From Mobula hypostoma (Eukaryota), in assembly GCF_963921235.1 (NCBI RefSeq), contig NC_086097.1:153576001-153640000 (forward strand): 64,000 bases of DNA, given 5' to 3'. The position numbers and the translations under genes were made by a program. Numbering within the stretch: position 1 is the first letter of the stretch; the number at the start of each line of letters is the position of its first letter. The notes under the pieces were generated by a model. That model saw nothing but the letters and a program-made list of their open reading frames with translations. It ran no database searches and was not told where the DNA came from. Below are positions 11,010 to 21,989 of this stretch, one piece after another.

Positions 11010-12830
11010 TATCAGAATCAGTAATATCACTAGCATATGTCATAAAATTTGTTGTTTTGCAGTAGCATTACATTGCAATGCATAATAAAAAAAGAGTATA
11101 CATTGCAATAAAAAGTATAAATAAAAAAGGAAAATTACATTTTAAAAAGTAATGCAAAAAGGGTGGAAAAATACTGAGGTAGTTTTTATGGGTTCATTGT
11201 CCATTCAGAAATCTGATTGCAGAGGGGAAGAAGCTGTTCTGAAATGTTAAGTGTGTGTCTTCAGGCTCTTGTACCTCCTCCTAAATAGTAGCAAGGAGAA
11301 GAGGGCATGTGTTGGGGGTCCATAATGGTAGATATCATCTTTTTGAGGCATCACATTTTGAAGGTATCCTGGACGCTACGGAGGATAGTGCACATGATGG
11401 AGCTGGCAGAGTTTGCAACTTCCTGTGGCTATTTCTGACGCCCAGTTAGAATGCTCTCCACAGTACATCTGTAGAAATTTGTGAGTCTATTTGGTGACAC
11501 ACCAATTCTCATCAAACTCCTAATGAAATATAGCTGTTATTGTGCCTTCTTTGTAATTGCATCAATATGTTGTTCCCAAGATAGATCCTCAGAAATGTTC
11601 ACTCCCAAAACAAAAACTGCTCACCCTCTCTATATCTGATCCCTTGACATGGTCTGGAGTTCTCCCTCAACCTCTTCTTCCTGAAGTTCACAATCAATTC
11701 CTTGGTCTTACTGACATTGTGTGCAAGGTCATTGTTTCATCGCCACTCAACGGAACTACTTTATCTTGCTCCTGTAAGTCTTCTCATGACCGTATGAAAT
11801 TCTACCAACAACAGTGTCAATAGCAAATTTACAGATGGCCTCGCCACACAATTGTTGGTGTAGAGGAAGCAGATCAGCAGGCTAAGCATGCATCCATGAG
11901 GTGCACCAGTGTGGATTGTCAATGAGGAGGTAATGTTATTTCAATCCACACAAACTGTGGTCTCCCAGTGAGGAAGTCAAGGATCCAGTTGCGGAAGGAG
12001 GTACAGAGACCCAGATTTTGGAGCTTGTTAATTGGAACTGAAGGTATAATTGTGTTGAAAGTTGAACTATAGCCAGTAACAGCAGGCTAGTGTAGGTATT
12101 GCTATTGTCCGGGTAACTCGAGGCCGGGTGGAGAATCGATGAGATGGCATTCACTGTAGACCTATTGTGGCACTAGGCAAATTTCAGCAGGTTCAGGTCC
12201 TTGTTAAGATTGAAGTTGATTCTAACCATAGCCAACCTATCAAATCATTTCATCACAGTAGATGTGAGTGCTACTGGGCGAAAGTAGTTGATGCAGCTCA
12301 CCCTGCTCTTCTTGAGTTCTAGTATGATTGTCATCCTTTTGAAGCAGTTTGGAACCTCCAACTGCAGCAGTGAGAGACTCATGATGTGCTTGAACACTCA
12401 GTTAGCACAGGTTTTCAGAGATCCACCACGTGCATCAACAAGGCCTGACACCTTGCCTCTCGAAAGAGGTTCTGACATTGGCTTCTGAGACAGCGACTGA
12501 AGGATCACCAGATGCTGCAGGAATTTCCATGGGCATTGCTTTATCCTCCCTCTCAAAATGTGTGTAAAAGGCACTAAGTTTATCTGGGAGTGAAGCATCA
12601 CAGCCATTTTCGGTTTCACTTTGCAGGAATTAATGGCCTGTTAAACCCTGCCAGAGCTGATGTGCATCCTATTCCATCTCTAACATCAATTGGAGTTAAA
12701 GTAGCCTTCTGTAGGTTGTTCCTTGACTTGTATATTTCTGGATCACTGGTCTTGAATGCCACACATCTAGCCAACAGTAGACTATGAATCTTCTGGTTCG
12801 GCTACGGCTTTTGGGTTGCCCTTCTCTCTA
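11010..12830 (-). mobile_element. Rex1/Babar-like LINE, decayed RT and 3' end
   Basis: ORFs 11936-12154 and 12398-12619 are homologous to the RT at 15342-16203. A (cagaat)-type tail lies near 11010. Confidence 0.8.
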
Positions 12831-12836
12831 GTCCTA

Positions 12837-13325
12837 AGAATACATAGAATGTAGAAATCTACAGCACATTACAGGCCTTTTGGTCCACAATGTTGTGCCG
12901 GCCATGTAACCCACTCTAGAAACTCCCTAGAATTTCCCTAGCGCATAGCCCTCTATTTTTCTAAGTTCTGTGTACCTAGCTAAGAGGCTCTTAAAAGACC
13001 AATTCCACCACCACTGCCGGCAGTGCATTCAACACACTCACCACTCTCTGTGTGGGAAAAACTTACCCCTGACATCCCCTCAGTACCTATTTCTGAGCAC
13101 CTTAAAACTATGCCCCCTCGTATTAGCCATTTCAGCCCTTGGAAAAAGCCACTGTCTATCCACACATTCAATGGCCCTCATCATCTTATACACCTCTATC
13201 AGGTTACCTCCCATCCTCTGTTGCTTCAAGGAGAAAAGGTCAAGATCACTCAACCTATTCTCATAAGGTACGCCCTCCAACCCAGGCAACATCCTTGTAA
13301 ATCCTGCACGCTCTCTACAGTATAC
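12837..13325 (-). mobile_element. CR1 3' fragment, same subfamily as 34930-35845 and 25290-25425
   Basis: ORF 13080-13370 contains FTRMLPGLEGVPYE...TRGHSFKVLRNRY. Shares the 3' UTR cttagaaaaatagagggctat. Confidence 0.9.
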
Positions 13326-14342
13326 TCTCTCTCTAGTATGATATTCAAATCCTTGTTGAACGTACATCATAAGACATACAGGGGAGCGTTTGGTCCATCA
13401 ATTCTGCACCGCCATTCCATCATGGCTAAAAATTTCAGTGATATATTAATTTAATCATGGAAGCAGATGGAACAGTGACATTCATGGAAGAATTGAATAT
13501 ATAAATCAAAAATGAAAAGGTGAAGACAATGGAGATATGACTGGAGAGTGTGCTTGCACATATGGCTATTTTAACAAATTAACAAGGAATGATGAGCCAA
13601 GTTGACTCCTCTGTGTCATGATTCTGGTTTTCTTGTATTATTATGACCAATGATGGTTTGAAATATTGCTGGGGAACACTCTGGATTTATGCGAGAGTCA
13701 CAGTACTTTATCAAAATTATTAAATCCAATGTATAGCTGAACTTAAGTCTATCTGACATTATTCCAGCAATTCATATGCATGCACCTGATATTAATGGCC
13801 ATATGAACAATAAATGAAGACATAGCCAGTATAAACCATTGGTCTAAAGAAGTGTTTCCTTTTCCAGGCTTCTGGTTCTCAGAGAAGGCTCTGTCGATTC
13901 TTATAATCTGGTCATGTAGAAACACGAGGCAATGAGCACCCTTATGCAATAAGGGGCAAAACTTGACTAAATGCAAAATTGTTAACCTGGTATTATCAAA
14001 ATTTAGGCAGTCGTCTGACACTCCCATTTAAACATTTCCACCAACAGGAGAGCGAACTAAAGGGATTTGAAGTGCAGGTGAAGACTTCAGCTATGTAAAA
14101 AGAGGAATTGCTGGAGATAATTAAAAGGTCAGAGAGAAAAACTGAATTATCATTTCAAGACAATGATTCTTGACTAATAATATCTATTGACAGTTCATTT
14201 AGCAAAAAAATAGCATGTGAGCATTTAGCAGAAGAATGAGATTCTAAATTGGAGAAAGGCTAATTTTGATGGTATCAGGAAGAATCTGGCCAGTGTGAAT
14301 TGTGACAAGATGTTTTTGGCAAAGATGTACTTGGTAAATAGG

Positions 14343-14487
14343 AGCAACACACACAACACGCTGAAGGAACTCAGCAGGCCAGGCAACATCTATAGAAAAG
14401 GGTAAACAGTTGATGTTTCGGGCTGATGAAAGGTCTTATCATTTTGACTGTGTTGATTTGATTTCCAGCATCTGCAGATTTTCTCGT
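14343..14487. mobile_element. Fold-back mini-PLE, older and internally deleted
   Basis: Minus-strand pLTR runs to gtttcggg, then plus-strand ctgatgaaaggtc...ccagcatctgcagattttctc. TGGTAA is repeated at both flanks. Confidence 0.75.
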
Positions 14488-15007
14488 GGTAAGGGGGAGT
14501 CCTTCAAACAGGAATTTTTTTGAAAGTGCAAAGCTTATATTTTCCTGGAAGAATAAAAGGCAAGGATAACAGGTTTAGGGAACCATGGTTTTCCAGAGAT
14601 ATTGAGACCCTGGTTAAAAAAAAACAAAAGGAAGTGCATAGAAAGTAGAACAAATGAGGTACTTGAGAAGTATAGGAAATGGAAGAGAATGCTTAAGAAA
14701 GAAAGGGTTAAAAGGAGACATGAGGTTTCTCCAGCAGACATGGTGAAGGAGAACCCTAAGGACTTTACAGATATGTTAAGAGGAAAAGGATTGCAAAGAA
14801 AAATAATGGTCCTCTAGAAGATCAGAATTGTGATTTGTGTGGAGCCAAAATAGATAGGGGAGATCTTAAATGGAGTTTTTTTTTTGCATCTGTATTTACT
14901 GGGGAGGTGGACACAGCCTCTATAGAATTAAGGCAAAGCAGCAGCGAGTTCATAGACCCTATGCCAATTACAGCGGAGGTGGTGTTTGCTGTCTTAAGGC
15001 AAGTCAG

Positions 15008-17219
15008 CAGGGCCCTTTTTTCACGCCTGTTTTCGTAAATGTTCTGAATCATGGGAAGTTCACAATTATAGATGCGCTGGGCTGTCTGCACCATTCTCTG
15101 CAGAATCCTGCGATTAAGGGAGGTACAGTTCCCATACCATGCAGTGATGCACCCAGTCAGGATGCTCTCAATTGTGCCCCTGTAGAATGTTCTTGGTATT
15201 TAGGGGCCCAAACCAAACTCCCTCAACCGTCTGAGATGAAAGAGGCGCTGTTGTGACTTTTTCACCACACAGCTGATGTGTATAGACCACGTGAGATCCT
15301 CGGTGATGTGGATGCCGAGGAACTTGAAACTGTTTACCCTCTCAACCCCAGATCCTTTGATGGCAATAGGGATTAGCCCATCTCCATCTCTCCTGTAATG
15401 CACAACCAGCTCCTTTGTTTTTATGACATTGAGGGAGTGGTTGTTTTCTTGACACCACTGTCAGAGAGATAACTTCTTCCCTGTAGGTCACTTTGTTATT
15501 GTTTGAGATTAGGCCAATCAATGTAGTGCTGTTGGCAAATTTAATTAGCAGATTAGAGCTGTGAGTGGCGACACAATCATGGGTATACAGGGAGTAAAGG
15601 AGTGGACTTAGTACACAGCCTTGAGGGGCTCCTGTGTTGAGAGTCAGAGGGGTGGAGGTGAGGGAGCCCACTCTTACCGCCTGCTGGCGACCTGACAGGA
15701 AGTCCAGGATCCAGCTGAACAAGGCAGGGTCAAGGCCGAGGTCTCTGAGCTTCCTGTTGAGCCTGGATGGAATTATGGTGTTGAGTGCTGAACTGTAGTT
15801 TAAGAACAGCGTTCTCACATAAGCATCCTTCTTCTCCAGATGTGTAAGGACGGTATGTAGAGCAATGACTATTGCATCGTCTGTCAATTGTTTGTGTCAG
15901 TAGGTGAATTATAGGGGGTCCAGTTTGGGTGGCAGCATGCTGCAGATGTGATCCTTGACCAGCCTCTCAAAACATTTGCTTATTATTGAGGTGAGTGCGA
16001 CAGGACGCCAGTCGTTCAGACATGTTACCTTGGTCTTTTTTTGGCACAGGGACAATGGTGGATGATTTGAAGCAGGAGGGCACTCTACACTGGGAGAGGA
16101 ACAGATTAAAAATGTCGATAAATATACCTGCTAGTTGTGTTGCGTACATCCTGGGTACTCGCCCTGGGACGCCATCCGGCCCCGCAGCCTTGCGACTGTC
16201 CACTCATTGGAAACATCTGCGTACTTCAGCTTCAGAGATGACCAGGCTGCAGGTTGTAGTCACGAGGAAATCTGCAGATGCTAGAAATTCAAGCAACACA
16301 CACACAAATTGCTGGTGGAGTGCAGCAGGCCAGGCAGCATCTATAGGAAGAGGTACAGTCGATGTTTCGGGCTGAGACCCTTTGTCAGGACTAACTGAAA
16401 GAAGAGATAGTAAGAGAATTGAAAGTAGGAGGGGGAGATATGAAATGATAGGAGAAAACAGGAAGGGAGCGGTGGATCTAAGAGCTGGAAAGTTGATTAG
16501 CAAAAGGGATACCAGACTGGAGAAGGGAGAGGATCATGGGATGGGAAGCCTGGGGAGAGAGAGAAGGTAGGAGGGGAGCCTGGACGATGGAGAGCAGGCA
16601 AGGAGTTATAGTGAGAGGGACAGAATGAGAAAAAAAGAGAGAAAAAAACAGGGGGGAGGGGAAAGAAAAAATATATTTATTAAATAAATAAGGGATGGGG
16701 TGTGAAGGGGAAGAGGGGCATTAACAGAAGTTAGAGAAGTCAATACTCATGCCATCAGGTTGGAGGCTAAAGCCACACTCGGGTTGGAGGAACAACACCT
16801 TATATTCCTCTTCCTATAGATGCAGCCTGGCCTGCTGCCTTCCAACAGCATTTTTTGTGGTGTTGCAAGTTGTAGTGGTGGCTTTCCACGGAGGCTCAGA
16901 GTTAACGACATCGAACTGAGCATAAGACCCAAGCAACCCCAACCACAATCTATTCCAGCTGCCACCATCCAGGAAACTGTACAGCAGCATAAAAGCCAGG
17001 ACCAACAGGCTCTGGGACAGCTTCTTCCACCAGGCCATCAGACTGGTTAACTCACACTGATTTGTGTGTATTTTTATGTTACATTGACTGTTCTATTTAT
17101 TATAAATTGTTATAAATTACTATGATTGCTCATTTAGACAGAGACGTAAAATAAAGGTTATTATTGCTCATGTATGTGAAGGATGTAAGAAATAAAGTCA
17201 ATTCAGTTCAATTCATTTC
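15008..17219. mobile_element. Rex1/Babar-like LINE with inverted 5' segment (minus strand 15008-about 16915) and sense 3' end (plus strand about 16925-17219)
   Basis: Minus-strand ORFs contain [45 protein letters not shown]. The plus-strand 3' end and (caatt)n tail match the colinear copy at 22556-23291. Confidence 0.9.
16261..16863 (-). mobile_element. Neptune-like PLE 3' fragment with short inverted pLTR, nested in the Rex1-like LINE
   Basis: TSD TGCAGGTTGTAGT (16248-16260) vs TGCAAGTTGTAGT (16864-16876). Decayed hammerhead at 16356-16393. Confidence 0.88.
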
Positions 17220-18196
17220 AAATCCCCAGGGCCTGACAAGATGTTTCCTCGGGCCCTGTGGGTGGAAACAGCAGGAATTGCCGGAGACTTGGCAGAGATA
17301 TTTAAATCATCCTTAGCGACAGGTAAGGTATTGGAGGATTGGAGAATATTATTCTGATGGTCCTAAGAATTAAACCAAGCAATCATAGGGCAGTGAGCCT
17401 GATATTAGTAGTGAGAAAGCTATTGGCAAGTATCCTATGAGACTGGATATATGAGTATTTGCATTGATAGGGATTGATTAGGAATAGACAGCATGGCTAA
17501 CCACTCTTACGGAATTTTTCAAAGATGGTATAAGAAAAGTCAAAGTTAAGGCAAGGTTGATGTCTACCTGGACTTCAACAAGGCATTTGACAAGGTCCTG
17601 CATGGGAGATTGGTCAGGAAGGTTTGGTTGCTGGGCAGTTGAGATTTGCATGGGATTAGATATTGGCTCTGTGGGGAAAGCCAGAGAAAGCAGTAGTTGC
17701 CTGCCTCTCTGACTGGAGATCTGTGACGAGTGGAGTGCTGCAGGGATCAGAGCTGGGTCTATTGTTATCTGTCATCGATACCAACAATCTGGATGATAAT
17801 GTGGTTAACTCGATCAGCAAATGTGCAGATGACCCTAAGATTGGGGGTGTAGTGGACAGCAAGAAAGACTCTCAGAGATTGCAGCAGGATCTGGATCAGC
17901 TGTAAAGAAAAGGGCTGAAAATGGCAGGTAAAATTTAATGCAGACAAGTGTGAGGTATTGCACTTTAGGAGGGTCTATCAGGGTAGGTGTCACAGGTAGA
18001 TAGGGTTGTAAAGAAAGCAATTGACACACTGGCTTTCATAAATCAAAGTATTAAGCACAGGGGTAGGGATGCTATGTTAAAGTTGCATAAAAACTTGGTG
18101 AACAACAGGAATTCTGCAGATGCTGGAAATTCAAGCAACACACATCAAAGTTGCTGGTGAACACAGCAGGCCAAGCAGCATCTGTAGGAAGAGGTG

Positions 18197-18234
18197 CAGT
18201 CGACGTTTCAGGCCGAGACCCTTCGTCAGGACTA
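18197..18234 (-). ncRNA. Minimal type I hammerhead ribozyme with canonical core
   Basis: Minus strand reads TAGTC-CTGACGA-AGGGTCTCGGCCT-GAAA-CG-TC-GACTG. Stem I is AGTC/GACT, stem II is a GC-rich hairpin, and palindromic ACGT replaces stem III. Predicted cut between 18202 and 18201. Confidence 0.85.
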
Positions 18235-18527
18235 ACTGAAGGAAGAGTGAGTAAGGGATTTGAAAGTTGGAGGGGGAGGGGGAGATCCAAAATGATAGGA
18301 GAAGACAGGAGGGGGAGGGATAGAGCCAAGAGCTGGACAGGTGATAGGCAAAAGGGGATACGAGAGGATCATGGGACAGGAGGTCCGGGAAGAAAGACAA
18401 GGGGGGGGGGACCCAGAGGATGGGCAAGAGGTATATTCAGAGGGACAGAGGGAGAAAAAGGAGAGTGAGAGAAAGAATGTGTGCATAAAAATGAGTAACA
18501 GATGGGGTACGAGGGGGAGGTGGGGCC

Positions 18528-18854
18528 TTAGCGGAAGTTAGAGAAGTCGATGTTCATGCCATCAGGTTGGAGGCTACCCAGACAGAATATAAGGTGTTGT
18601 TCCTCCAACCTGAGTGTGGCTTCATCTTTACAGTAGAGGAGGCCGTGGATGGACATGTCAGAATGGGAATGGGATGTGGAATTAAAATGTGTGGCCACTG
18701 GGAGATCCTGCTTTCTCTGGCGGACAGAGCGTAGATGTTCAGCAAAGCAGTCTCCCAGTCTGCGTCGGGTCTCGCCAATATATAAAAGGCCACATCGGGA
18801 GCACCAGACGCAGTATATCACTCCAGTCGACTCACAGGTGAAGTGATGCCTCAC
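18528..18854 (-). pseudogene. PLE GIY-YIG endonuclease domain, separated from RT by a frameshift
   Basis: FTCESTGVIYCVWCSRCGLLYIGETRRRLGDCFAEH...VATHFN...RLEEQHLIF..GSLQPDGMN. Confidence 0.92.
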
Positions 18855-19873
18855 CTGGAAGGACTGTTTGGGGCCCTGAATGGTGGTAAGGGAGGAAGTG
18901 TAAGGGCATGTGTAGCACTTGTTCCGCTTACACGGATAAGTGCCAGGAGGGATGGGGGGGACGAATGGACAAGGGAGTTGTGTAGGGAGCGATCCCTGCG
19001 GAATGCAGAGAGAGGGGAGGAGGGAAAGATGTGCTTAGTGGTGGGATCCCGTTGGAGGTGGCGGAAGTTACAGAGAATAATATGTTGGACCCGGAGGCTG
19101 GTGGGGTGGTAGGTGAGGACCAGGGGAACCCTATTCCTAGTGGGGTGGTGGGAGGATGGAGTGAGAGCAGATGTACGTGAAATGGGGGAGATGTGTTTAA
19201 GAGCAGAGTTGATAGTGGAGGAAGGAAAGCCCCTTTCTTTAAAAAAGGAAGACATCTCCCTCGTCCTAGAATGAAAAGCCTCATCCTGAGAGCAGATACG
19301 GCGGAGACGGAGGAATTGCGAGAAGGGGATGGCGTTTTTGCAAGAGACCGGGTGAGAAGAGGAATAGTCTAGATAGCTGTGAGAGTCAGTAGGCTTATAG
19401 TAGACATCAGTGGATAAGCTGTTTCCAGAGACAGAGACAGAAAGATCTAGAAAGGGGAGGGAGGTGTCGGAAATGGACCAGGTAAACTTGAGGGCAGGGT
19501 GAAAGTTGGAGGCAAAGTTAATAAAGTCAACGAGTTCTGCATGCGTGCAGGAAGCAGTGCCAATGCAGTCATCGATGTAGCGAAGGAAAAGTGGGGGACA
19601 GATACCAGAATAGGCACGGAACATAGATTGTTCCACAAACCCAACAAAAAGGCAGGCATAGCTAGGACCCATACGGGTGCCCATAGCTACATCTTTAGTT
19701 TGGAGGAAGTGGGAGGAGCCAAAGGAGAAATTATTAAGAGTAAGGACTAATTCCGCTAGACGGAGCAGAGTGGTGGTAGAGGGGAACTGATTAGGTCTGG
19801 AATCCAAAAAGAAGCATAGAGCTTTAAGACCTTCCTGATGGGGGATGGAAGTATATAAGGACTGGACATCCAT
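18851..19873 (-). pseudogene. PLE reverse transcriptase (340 aa open; N-terminus truncated)
   Basis: MDVQSLYTSIP, VAMGTRMGPSYA, LRYIDD, LPFLDL, YYKPTD, YLDYSSSHP, IPFSQFLRLRRICS. Confidence 0.95.
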
Positions 19874-20935
19874 GGTGAAAATAAAGCGGTGGGGGCCAGG
19901 GAACTTAAAATCATCGAAAAGTTTAAGAGTGTGAGAAGTGTCACGAACATAGGTCGGAAGGGATTGAACAAACTTGGTGAGGCCTGATTTGGAATATTGT
20001 CTGCAGTTTTGCTCACCTATCTACAAGAAAAATGTAAATAAGATTGAAAGAGAACAGAGAAAATTTACAAGGATGTTGCCAGGATTGGAGTACCTGAGTT
20101 ATAAGGAAAGATTGAATAAGTTACAACTTTATCAAAGTTCAAAGTACATTTATTATCAAAGTATGTATACATTATACAATCTCAAGATTCCTCTCCTTGC
20201 AGGCTGCCACAAAACAAAGAAACTCAATAAAACCAATGTTCCATCAAGGTGAGTGTGGGTGCACACTCATCTTTTGCTACTAGCACACAAAGGAAATTAA
20301 ATTGTGTTCAAAAGGATGTTACCCTCTACCTCGTTGGTGCATTAAGTATAGTTCACAATCGTACACAATCACATTTCCTTTTCCAGTTTCTGATGCAGAC
20401 AGTGTTGATAGCGATGATTTGTCTGCAGATTTTAGAACTGGCTTTTTTTATTGATGAAATGATTGCGTCACTCTGTTGAATTCCTAAGAAGCAAAGGTTA
20501 TGAAGCACAAAAGAACTGCTCGTTCATTCAAAGCAGAATGGCTTAATAAAACAGTAGAAACTTCTACACCAAAAGCTTATGAGGTCGGGAATCTGCAGCT
20601 ATGAGAAATATTGACCTGCAATACAGAAGCTGGTGTTACCTGCATGGATTGTTGTAATGCAAAAGTTCTAACAATCAATTCCAGAGGAGATCAAACTTAT
20701 TGACAGTGTTTTGCTAGTAGTTGAAATGAATATATAAAATTCATTACAGATATGTCACTGGGTAATAAATTGCACAGTGCAAGATTTTTGAGCACACTGG
20801 TCATTACAAATTAAAGAGAAAATTGAACAGAACCCATTATAAAAAAGAAAACTGTCAAGCACCCAATGTGAAGAAAGAAAAAAATAACAAATCATGCAAA
20901 CAATAGAAGCAATCAAATTGTGAACACACTCCCCT

Positions 20936-21080
20936 CGGCCTTCCAGCTGGGTATAGATATCGAACTTAAGCTTCATGACGGAGGTTGTTATCGTAACATC
21001 GGTTAAAACTGAAACCTATACCCAGCTGGAAGCTCGGAGTTTATTCGTCATATACGGTGGGAAAGCACCAGATCCTTTTT
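20936..21080. mobile_element. Fold-back mini-element of the second (Poseidon-like) PLE family
   Basis: Perfect 17-bp inverted arms at 20940-20956 and 21016-21032. 21038-21080 is the reverse complement of 30286-30329 with few mismatches. Confidence 0.8.
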
Positions 21081-21124
21081 CTAGCAAACTCGGGTCCCCA
21101 ATGATCCTTTGGGTCCTTTTTAAA

Positions 21125-21230
21125 CACCTGTCTTTGTACATGTCCTGAATAGTGGGAAGATGACATCTACAGATGCGCTGGGCTGTCCACACCACTCTCT
21201 GCAGAGTCCTGCAATTGAGGGAAGTACACC
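21125..21230 (-). mobile_element. Rex1-like fragment
   Basis: Matches 15030-15130 and the reverse complement of 22865-22975. Confidence 0.75.
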
Positions 21231-21360
21231 ACAGAAGGTGTCAGGGGTAGCAGATGATGCAAACAAAGAGTTGATACAGTGACCTGCTGTGTCTGGAGGA
21301 AGAAACCAGCTTGGATAAACTGATGTCAGGGTGCTGACGAAGGATAAAAATTGTAAGGCC

Positions 21361-21465
21361 AGACCTGATGAAGAGTCTTTGCCCGTAATGTTGATTTTTT
21401 TATTCCCCTCCTCAGATGCTGACTGACTTCTAGGGTTCCTCTAGTATTTTGTGTGTGTTTCTCCA
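21361..21465 (+). mobile_element. Old PLE pLTR fragment beginning at a decayed hammerhead
   Basis: cctgatgaagagtctttgcccgtaatgttga...agatgctgactgac...tattttgtgtgtgtt. Confidence 0.65.
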
Positions 21466-21989
21466 AAATGTCCTTTGACAAGATCTGTTGCATTGAGTTA
21501 AGTCACCAATTTTGCTTTGCAGACTGTCAGGAAATTTGACTTAGTGACTCCAAAACCATGCTGTGGAATGATGGCCAGGGCAATTACTGTTTCAGTCACT
21601 GTAAATACAGCTGCTTCTTCAGTTGTTGGGAGAACCCTCATGCTGCTGGGAGGAACACGAGTTGTTTACACATGTTTTCTTACTCCACTAAGATCTCTAC
21701 AATTTGGATACCTCTCTTAAAACATGATTTAAAACACTGTTCCACATGTCTTCCAGTTCAGTTTCCAGACCTCCTTGTTTGAATCTACTGAGGATTCCAG
21801 GTACCTGTGTTCAATTAGTATGGTCTTCCCTTTATCTGACTTACTCACCCAACCACCTTCTAAATCCACCACCCATTTGTGACCTATGTTCAGGTCGTAA
21901 TTATGGAATAATACTCAGTTCAAGTTGCCATAATACGGTGGATTTATAAAGTCATATACTAGCATGAGATCTATTGTCTTCTTTACCAG

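Larger units (their letters stand above)
18102..19969 (-). mobile_element. Young Neptune-like Penelope element, 5'-truncated (RT, Cys-rich linker, GIY-YIG, pLTR)
   Basis: 11-bp TSD AAACTTGGTGA at 18091-18101 and 19970-19980. RT and endonuclease ORFs listed separately. Confidence 0.96.
14240..20130 (+). mobile_element. One decayed CR1 ORF2 split into pieces (about 14240-15007, 17220-18101, 19970-20130) by nested PLE and Rex1-like insertions
   Basis: Colinear motifs VKENPKDF, FASVFT, KSPGPD, VTSGVLQGS, ADDPKIGG and LVRPDLEYC across the gaps. Confidence 0.85.
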
